Below, piece by piece: positions 55,181 to 64,000 of a DNA stretch of 64,000 nucleotides (position 1 is the stretch's first letter; every line of letters starts with the position of its first letter). Source of the DNA: Callorhinchus milii (lineage: Eukaryota); assembly GCF_018977255.1 (NCBI RefSeq), contig NW_024704742.1:99760001-99824000 (forward strand), read 5' to 3'. Made by a program: the position numbers and the translations under genes. The notes under the pieces are model-generated. The model was given only the letters and a program-made list of their open reading frames with translations, was not told where the DNA came from and did not search any database.

Positions 55181-57740
55181 TACTTCTAGTTTCTGGCTTC
55201 ATCTCAGGTGGAACCCACACTAAAGATTCTAAGAAAACAGGAACAGAAACCATGGCCAATATTTCCACTTTTTAGCTTGAACCTACAATATTTGTAATCA
55301 AAAACATTTACCTATTGAGCACCACAGTAATCGTTTATGTGCAACATTCAAAGTTTTTTATAATTATTTTCTCCATATAACTTTTGTAAATCCTATTCTT
55401 ATGGAATCTGAATGTTGCATAATATAATGCGCGAAATGCGTTACAAATAATGCTACCCTGGAACTTGGTGGGTGAACGGGTCTCTTAAAAATGTATCACA
55501 AACACACAGGCATGCAGCTCACATGAGAGTCACATGAATGTCAAAGCAGTCTCCTATTTACAGATCAAAAATAACTCATTATCTGACTTGCTCCCTGGTT
55601 GTGGTTGTATGTCATGCAGAAAAGAGCCAGAGAGAAAATAAAATCAATGAATAGATGGGTAGATTCATCTTTAAGATAGACTTACAGATTTTGTATGGAT
55701 GAATTGCTTTGACAATACCTGGTTATTTGTCAAATATTTATCGATGAAATTCCAGATGCACTTCGAACAGATAGTTACAGTACACTTAAAATCTTTTCCA
55801 TTATGATGACATGCCATTTAGTATCCGGGCCACATCTATTGGAATCTATGGCTCCCATTTAGTCACACACAACTAGTTTGTGCATAATATTGAAGCAATT
55901 ATATTGTGGATGCACATCAAATAATTGTGTGTTTATGGATTATACAGGGCATATACAGAGCTCATTTTCCAAGCTTTCTGACTAGTATTTTTCATATCTC
56001 CATTGTGAAAACACAAGCAAAAACAGATATTTTAACTGAACGGCAGCTCTATTTCATCTACTACTACTTTGCCTATAAATGCAGTTGCTTCACTTTACTG
56101 TAAATCCTATGAAGCACTTAGAGAAATTTTTAACGATGTGATAAGGCACTATATATAAAACACAAGGCTTATTATTTTCTTAGTAGTATTTCTTTCTTGG
56201 TAGACCTCCAACAAGTCAACATTAACAAAGTACAGAAATATATTATGCTACACAAATCACAAATCAAATCTTTAATGTGGATAACCTAATCATTGTCTGC
56301 CTGAAATAAAATGTAAGAGCACATGTCTATTGCTGAAGAATGAACCAGTGAGAGGATGGGTTCAGTTTTCATCCACAAAATACAGTCAATCCATTTTACA
56401 GCAGATTCTGTGAAGCGCTTTGAGACGTTTCAATGACATGATAAGGCGCTATATCCTTATTATTAATCATAATAATCCTGAGAATAATAATCCTTAGCAA
56501 GGCTTATTATCAGTTACCCAGGCTGCGAGATCTGAAAAATAAATATCACAGAAACATATATCAGGAATAAAATCTGAGCTACTGGTTATTATTCCCTGAA
56601 TTTGACCCTCTTAATGGAATCACTGCAGTTTAATGACCTGAAACAAAAATGCAAATTTGTTTTGCCTGCAAAGCAGGGCTTGACACTTCTTGCGTTTCTT
56701 CTGCAGGGGTTCAACACATTGGCTGCTCGTTCGATTTCATTTCATCACAGCTGGATGAAGTTTGACCTGTCTGACCTCTGACACATGTTGGTTTACCAAA
56801 CACTGCACCAGCACAGCAATGTTTATTTTTAATACAATAAACTGCAAGGGTTATTAAACAGGATATCCCCAGTGGCAAGCAAACATTACCCCACTTACTA
56901 TTTAGAATTACATTAGCCTCTTTTGCCATGTGAGAGACTAGTGAGCGATCAGTAGTTTATCCAACATTACCCTCCATTTAGTGCACAGCAATCAGGGACG
57001 CTAGACAAATTAATAGCAATGCAAAGCCAGTTTCTTTACTATTAATTCATTGATTCTTTCCAGTAATTCCAGGAATCCTCTGGTCCTCTTTTGTTTTCTG
57101 GCACAGAAATAGAGACAAGATGCTGCTGCCATTGTGCCATGTGAGCAGGAGGTGAAGAGCTGGGAGATAAACAAATGTTCTGTAATCTGATTCAAAACCC
57201 TATTGTGTTCTCACTGTGTGGTGGAAATTGCTTTTGCCACTGAAGGAAGAAAGCATGTGTTTTGGAATCTACATTTTTTTTATATAATCATTCACCAGAG
57301 AAGTGTTGAACTATGGTAACTTTAACATCTTAACTGCTGGTGAGAATTGCTGGAATAAATGGATTTTAATTGACTACTGTTAAGAGAAAAATTCCACTTA
57401 GTAAATCATTTAGGTAAATCTGGTTCTTTTCTTTTTTTCTCCCTATGTATGTTTCATACCATACTCATACTCATTCAATAATATTTGAATGAGTAGAGCA
57501 AGTAGTTGAACTCAGTTTCATATGATTTCAAAATTGGTATGAAAGGATTCAGTTTTGGAGAGACCACTTTTGTATTTATCTACTGGAGCCTTAGACACTA
57601 TTGGTTCTCATAAGGATAAGGAACCTTCACATAAATATTTATATGTATATTTGACATAGGGTCAAGGAAATATGAAGTTTCATTGTGATGAATGGATCTT
57701 TCCGGAGCGTGGGTGATGGCTGCGGTTGAGTTTGGACTGC

Positions 57741-57820
57741 TATGGTTGTTTAGTCTGAAGGATGGGTGCCAATGGTTGTTTAGTCTAGGACAATGGCAAT
57801 GGCTGTTGTTTAGTTTTAGA
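57741..57820. repeat. Three copies of a gttgtttagt core at exact 30-bp period
   Basis: Units start at 57741, 57771 and 57801 with divergent spacers. Confidence 0.6.
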
Positions 57821-58908
57821 TGCTTCTCGTTCAATTTGGAAATGTAATTGTGGTGTAGGTCAATCCTGTCCTCATTGGACATCCACATACCCTCACTTTC
57901 AGATAGAGTTACACCTTGGGTAACGATGAGAAATTCTGCTCAATTTCTTCTATCGTCTATTTCTTCTATCAAGTTATCTTTTTCTTTCTGGCTGATAGTC
58001 CAGCTAGAATCATCCTATCCAATAAGACTTTGGTTTGCCGAGTTAATAGGAGCAGAAAGCAATTCCATCTCCCGGGGACACAGAGAGCTTTATTTGATGT
58101 CGATATTCTTTTGCCAGGCATGTTACCTTGGAGACACCCCAGCCCCAAAGTGACACCACTTAGCTGCTTTTTTTATCCTAGTCATTTACAGTATTACTGA
58201 AATGTAAGATCAGAAGAATGTATGAAAGTGTGAAACATGGAAAAGACCTTCAAAACCCATTAAGAACCTGCACAGCTGTGACTATAATGGACTCACCAAA
58301 CCGCCTTATTTTTATCTTATCATTTGTGCAGGGATTTTCCTGTAGCTTCTTTTGCGAAGAAATGGAAAAACACAGCAGTGAGCCTTTCCTTCTTTCCGAA
58401 CAGAATATCCATTTGCCTTGTAAAGCGTTCCTAAACAGACACATTTCATTTTCAAGCCATTAATTAACTTGCTGATGCTTTTTTTTTCATGGTGAATGTG
58501 TCACATGGGAGAAAATGACCAGCAAAATGTAATTAGAATCTCCAGCCAATTGTTCAATATATTGGCCGAGGGGAATTAGTATTGACCGCAAAGTGATCCT
58601 TGCAAGAAGCACATCTTTACCCAGAGGTTAGGCTGCTGCCGTGGCTTTTAAAATCTCAGACGATCTATGGTCTACGGCACAACATGTTGTTTTTGTATAT
58701 ATATTTTTATATTATTTTTCGAGTGGTGCTTGGCAGAAATCGATTGGAGTTTCATGTTCGCACAGAATCACTAATGTAACTATCAGCCTGTGAAACTGCA
58801 TCAGCACGCCCTTCATCCGCCTGGCATTGTGAATCTTTTATGGCATTTCAATGATTTTCTCTGCTCTGTGCCAGACAATTAAAATTCTAATCACTGCCAC
58901 AGCCACAG

Positions 58909-58962
58909 GGAGAGAGAGAGAGGTGTGTATGTATGTGTGTGTGTTTGTGTGTGAGAGAGAGA
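58909..58962. repeat. (GA)n/(GT)n compound microsatellite
   Basis: Direct reading. Confidence 0.8.
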
Positions 58963-61154
58963 AACTCCTTTTTCTCTGCACTGTGGAAGGTGGTCTCAAG
59001 GTGGGCTCTACTAACTGGCAAACAGAAGACAATTAGTCTAAGAATGTAGTAGTGTAATATGTAATTCACATTTTGGCTTGTTGGGTTGGAAGGGGGACAG
59101 AGGGATGGAGTCATGTTCGCAATTTGCAGCTGTTGATTGATGACCCAGCATTATAAGATGTAATTTTGGCTCTAATGCTCTTGTTATTTTTTTTACAGTT
59201 TCAAAGTTCTCCCTCATCTAATTTCCTCTCACAGCAGCCCACTAGAAATGTTTGACACTAGGAAAATGTCTGCCAAAGAACTTTAGCGGGAGGCAGTTTT
59301 TAATTAACAGGGGCCAGGAAAGGTGATAGCCCGAGGGGGCTTGAAGAAATGAACAAGAGGAGGCTGTTCCAGGCTTTAGCAGCCTCTGAAAAGCCAGCCA
59401 GATTACTGTTGTCTGTTCTTATTGAACTTTCTCTGTGTTTTTATTGATCCACTTGTCAGGAGCTGACAAAAGGACTGCAGGCTGGCAGTTGTTTGTGCGT
59501 GGTGGCAGTTTGTGTCCAGACTGTCTGTGTGCAACAGTCCGCCATTGTTAAACCAGCAATTCAGTTAAAAGTGTCTCAATCAGGGCAGATTTATTCATGC
59601 ATGTAAACATTTCTGAAAGAAAGGTGATGATTTGCCCTACCCCCCTCAACTCAACACTCAACACCACAGCGTTACGTGACATGGCTTGCAGACGGATCCT
59701 TTTCATTCAAATGAGCAGCAAATAATCTTGAAAATACATGATGGTATAAAACAAAATGCAGAAGTGAATACATTGCAATATCATGGAAATGCAACCGGGC
59801 CACAAAAAAAAGAATTATTTTTCTGATTTATTTTTCTGACTCAGGAGCAAGCTGCTTGATTTATATTCTTTTCTCCCCCCACTGAGCTTGATGCAGCACC
59901 GTCGGTAGTTGAAAGCTACATTCTGATGAAAAATTTATTTTTGGGGGGCTGAATAAAATATACCTTGCAGATTAGTCCATCTTCTCACAGCAGATGTTTC
60001 CTTGAGTCTTTTCATATTCTGCCAGCGATGAAACAATCATGACAGAGCGTTTAAAGGAAATAACTATTTAAACATTAAACGATAAAATGTTTTCTTTTTC
60101 AATTCTGTTTGCTGCCAAGTTTTAATGCTAATAGCAGGATTCATTGCTCATGTTAAGCACACTCTGCTGCCCTCTCTTTTTAAAAAAAAACAATTCACTG
60201 ATTGTCCACCCAGAAGAACCTTTTTGAGTGCTCTGAGTTAGCCATATACTGAGTGACATATTCCCCAGCTAGATCCTTCCATTACAAGTGAGAGTGGATT
60301 AATATTGATTTTTGCCTTCCAAGATCGAAGGATCTTCTTAACACCCATAAATTACACCGGAGGGATGAAAAAGATAAGACGATACTTGTTTCGCCTTGTT
60401 CTTAAAAGAAAAGCTTATCTTATGTGGTACTGCGTGCTGTGTTTCACAATCTACTCTGCTGCCCATGCTTGCTGTGTGCATACAGACAAGGGAGGGTCAA
60501 AGGTAATCCAATGCTCTGGCAGGCTGGCTGGTTAAGAGTCCTGGCAGGTAAAGAGGGAAACCCACATTGCAACGTTAGTAAAGCTCAACCTTTTCTCTCT
60601 CTCTCTCTCTATCAAATGTTCATCATCTTCAAATGTACAGAACATTACAACAGTAATTGAGGGTGACATGCTTTTGATTGCTTCTGAGTAAATAGAAAAA
60701 AAACATTTCCTATTCCAGTCGCACATTACATTATGCATTTTGTTTCTTAATTAAGTCCCAATAGACTTGTCCGTGTACTGTCTCGTCAAATTGACGATCG
60801 GCTGGACAATTGAAGGAGAGGAGAAGTGGTAGCAACAGAGCACAGTATGTATCCAGCAAGGACTGTCACACTGGTTAGATGCTTAGCATTCAGGGCTGAG
60901 AGCATGTCTTCACATCCAACTCCGTATACATTATCATGAACCTTCTGATTTTGCCAACCTCTCAGATTTAATTCAGGCCTGGGAAGCACATGCTCTTACC
61001 CTCTCCCTCCCTCCACCCACTCTATTCCAGTATTTTTAAAAAGAATATTGTACTCAATATATTCATCTTGAAAGATTATAAAACTGTGCACACTCACTGA
61101 GATTTACAGCCAATACTTTCCAGTCATAAACCAACCTATTTGACAATTGATGGA

Positions 61155-61298
61155 CATGTTTAAAAGGGAACTAAATAGATTATCTAAAAATTAGTAAGCT
61201 ACAGGGCTATGGGGGAAAAGGCAGGAACATGGGATTGAAAGGATTTCTCTTTAAAAGAGTCAGCACAGATACAATGGACCGAATGGCCTTCTTCTGAA
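61155..61298 (+). mobile_element. CR1 3' end
   Basis: tttaaaagggaactaaatag...cagggctatgggg...atggaccgaatggccttcttctg. Confidence 0.7.
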
Positions 61299-61499
61299 TG
61301 TGTCTCTCCAGGGAGAGAAGGTGCATTACATTCCAATAAATGTCTGAGATTTCCATGTGTTGGTGGGATGTATGAAACTCTTAGTTTGGTTTGGATACTC
61401 TTAAGCATGGTGATGGGTTTCCGCACGCGTCAGATGCCCGGCTGACCAAAAGAAATAATACCTTTGAGAGGAAACTGGAAGGGGAAATTAACAAACAAT

Positions 61500-61625
61500 G
61501 TTGTTGATTTATAACCAGGTGGCCTGCAGTTGAAACCTGGAATTTGATTAGCTTTGCTGATAACAGTTTTGCATTGCTTGGAAATATTCACTGAACAACC
61601 AGTCAACACAACCAATGACTTAAAC
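61500..61625 (-). mobile_element. CR1 RT remnant
   Basis: NISKQCKTVISKANQIPGF..GYKS resembles CR1 xSxQCxxAxxKANxxLGxI..YKS. Confidence 0.5.
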
Positions 61626-62304
61626 ATGAAGCTGCACGTGCAGAATTGTTTCTGCTGCCGCAGGACCCACCCTGCAGTTTAAGTGGCATGAATTCCACAG
61701 TACAAGAGGCTCCAGCAATGCAGGTTCAAGCGGTTTAGTAATAGAAAGAGAGCTTGTCTGAGTCACTGACAAAGGTCAAGTTGTTCATTTCTGGTTGTTG
61801 CTTCAGATTTGCCTAATTCTATCTAAATGAACAGTTTGGTTCAAGCTCCCACTAGCAGTAAATTTACATGGAAGAAAGTGTTAATTGCACATGATGGCGT
61901 GGGCAGTAAATGTGGTTAATTAGCCCACACTTAAACTGGCCAGATAGCCATGATAAGGTGATTCCATTGATATTTTTCCCATTAGAATCTACAAGAATAG
62001 ATTCAACCCCTGAGCAAATAATTTATTTAACTCAAAGTTCTTGCTTGCAGTTATCTATTAATTGGTGCAGTGCACTGTAGCCATTTGACAATGAGGTAGA
62101 TAAAACACATCTTTCAGATATAAATCCAATGCTAACAATTTAAAAAAAAAATGTAATTCTTTAGTTGAATATTTTTTCCTTGCTTTTCTAAAATTACTGG
62201 ACATTTGCCTTCAAACATAGAGTGACTGTACTTCACAGTAATTCCCTGTGAAGCAGAGTGAAAAACTTTGTTGTACATGTTATATTAACAACAGGCAACA
62301 TCAA

Positions 62305-62363
62305 ATTACATTTGTATAGTGCCTTTCACATCAGGACAATGTAAGGCACTATACAAATGTAAT
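62305..62363. repeat. 21-bp perfect hairpin built from two inverted L2 tail ends
   Basis: attacatttgtatagtgcctt-17 nt-aaggcactatacaaatgtaat. Confidence 0.92.
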
Positions 62364-62688
62364 GCAAGCATTAAATTATGATTATATTAAATTTGTCCTA
62401 ATAGTCTTAAACTATTTGAAAGGGGATGCCACAGTCACTATGAACATCCTTTCATGATCAACTGCAGTCAAACGTCTGAAGTTTTAAGCAGAAATGACTG
62501 CAGTTTAACAGACAACCTGCAAACAGGTATATTAAATTAAAGGGATTATTTTCTCAAGCATGAAACCAGTTTGATCAGTTTTTTATTCTTCCCAGAGTGA
62601 TCCATTTGCAAAAGGGAAGCTCAGATGGAGGCCTGTACGTCAGTGGAGAGCTGAGCATTCAAACAACATTGTATCTCTCTTGTCTCTC

Positions 62689-63008
62689 GTGGATTCCAGG
62701 GGGAGCACTCGCTGTGCAAGTGAGAGACCTGAGTTCAATTCCAGGCAGAGGGCCACACCTCGGGCAAGTTTCCTTACTCCACACAGAGCCTAATAGCAAT
62801 CCCTCCAAAACCCAAAACAATAATAAATTGGTCATTTTCAATCTACGACTGTTTGTGGGACATTGCTGTGCGCAATTGGCTGCCGCGTTCGCCCACAAAT
62901 ATACAGTCAATTCACTTTACAGTGTGTTCTGTGAAGCGCTTTGGGACGTCCTCCCGACGTGAAAAGCGCTATATCAAATGCAAGGATTATTATTATTATT
63001 ATTATTAT
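62689..63008 (+). mobile_element. Young tRNA SINE with damaged A-box
   Basis: Body nearly identical to 52091-52420; (ATT)n tail. Confidence 0.9.
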
Positions 63009-64000
63009 TGGAACAGTCTAGCCTGGCAGTAGTGGAAAGAACAGCATGGGCTGTTGAAAGAGCTATATTTTTTGAAAATGGGGTGTTACTGACTATATAA
63101 GCCCCTGGTATTTTGATCACTTGTTACAACTGCACAGCAAGTCAAGCTACAGAATTATCTGGCTTATTAAAGATTCACTAGCCCTTTTCCAATTATCTAC
63201 AATTCATACCAAATCAGCCCATCAGTGAATCCTGGGCTGATTTAATAGTGGGAGTGTCAGCAAACAGATGACTGCAATAAAACACAAATAGCTTTTAAGA
63301 GAAAAGTGAAACAAGTGCAGAAAGTGAAATACGAGACAGTTTACATTGATTGGGCTGCAAGAAAAGAGACTGGGGGAGAATTATCTGCCAAGCTGAGTCG
63401 ATTTTCTCTGTTTTATTCAATGGTTTTATCTGGCTTCTTCCCACTATGCCATTTTATGTTGTCCACTCACACCACTGATAATGACTTACCCCTGCTGTGG
63501 ATGTATTATGAGTAAAATCAGAGCAAGTCAGTTGGAATTGCTAACCTTTTCTGATTTTTTTTGTTATTTAAAGAGTCCCTCCATTCATGCAGAGACTTAT
63601 ATCCTTTATGTGCATAGCTGGTCAATAATTCAACCCAAAGTATCAGTTTCATATTCTTGCAAACTACTGTATGCACATAACTGAATAGTTCCTTACAAAT
63701 GACCAATTGAAAAGAAAAGCAGTCAGAAAATAGGTATCCCTTGTCACTGCACCAGCCAAATAAAGTAGCTTTAAATATCCTGACCTTTGACAAACTCTGA
63801 ATCTTGTTCTCGGTGAGAACACGTGACAGTCAGAGGATAATTTCGATCTTTGTTATAAAAAAAAGCTTTGCCTTCAGCTCACCCTCCACCCTGGGCTGGA
63901 TGCTGCTTCTTCCCCAGTCAAAATCACCATCAATGTTCTTTACATTTGTGACCCGGCCTCCCTTTATTTCCTTGTTTTTCTCGATCTCTCTACTGTCTTT

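Noticed and set aside
57741..57820. CRISPR-like array
   Set aside because: Only three cores of 10-14 nt, eukaryotic context, no cas genes

Overview
Eukaryotic non-coding DNA (intergenic or large intron). The repeat types suggest a cartilaginous fish, but that is inferred, not proven. I could not support any host protein-coding exon, tRNA/rRNA gene or CRISPR array, and every recognisable ORF is a retrotransposon remnant. The window holds many 5'-truncated L2 LINEs ending in (GTT)n, CR1 fragments, one clear and one possible Penelope-like remnant, and two SINE families (tRNA-Ala-like head; Deu-domain) ending in an L2-type tail plus (ATT)n. It also has a decayed MITE-like family and an unnamed dispersed repeat. 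The most notable structures are a perfect 39-bp hairpin (38536-38618), a 21-bp L2-tail hairpin of pre-miRNA size (62305-62363), an L2 with a twin-priming-like 5' inversion, a ~100-bp near-perfect inverted duplication (8189/9527), and a SINE/L2 3' stem-loop with a compensatory base pair. Repeat-poor, motif-rich blocks may be conserved enhancers. Repeat boundaries were read by eye and are approximate.
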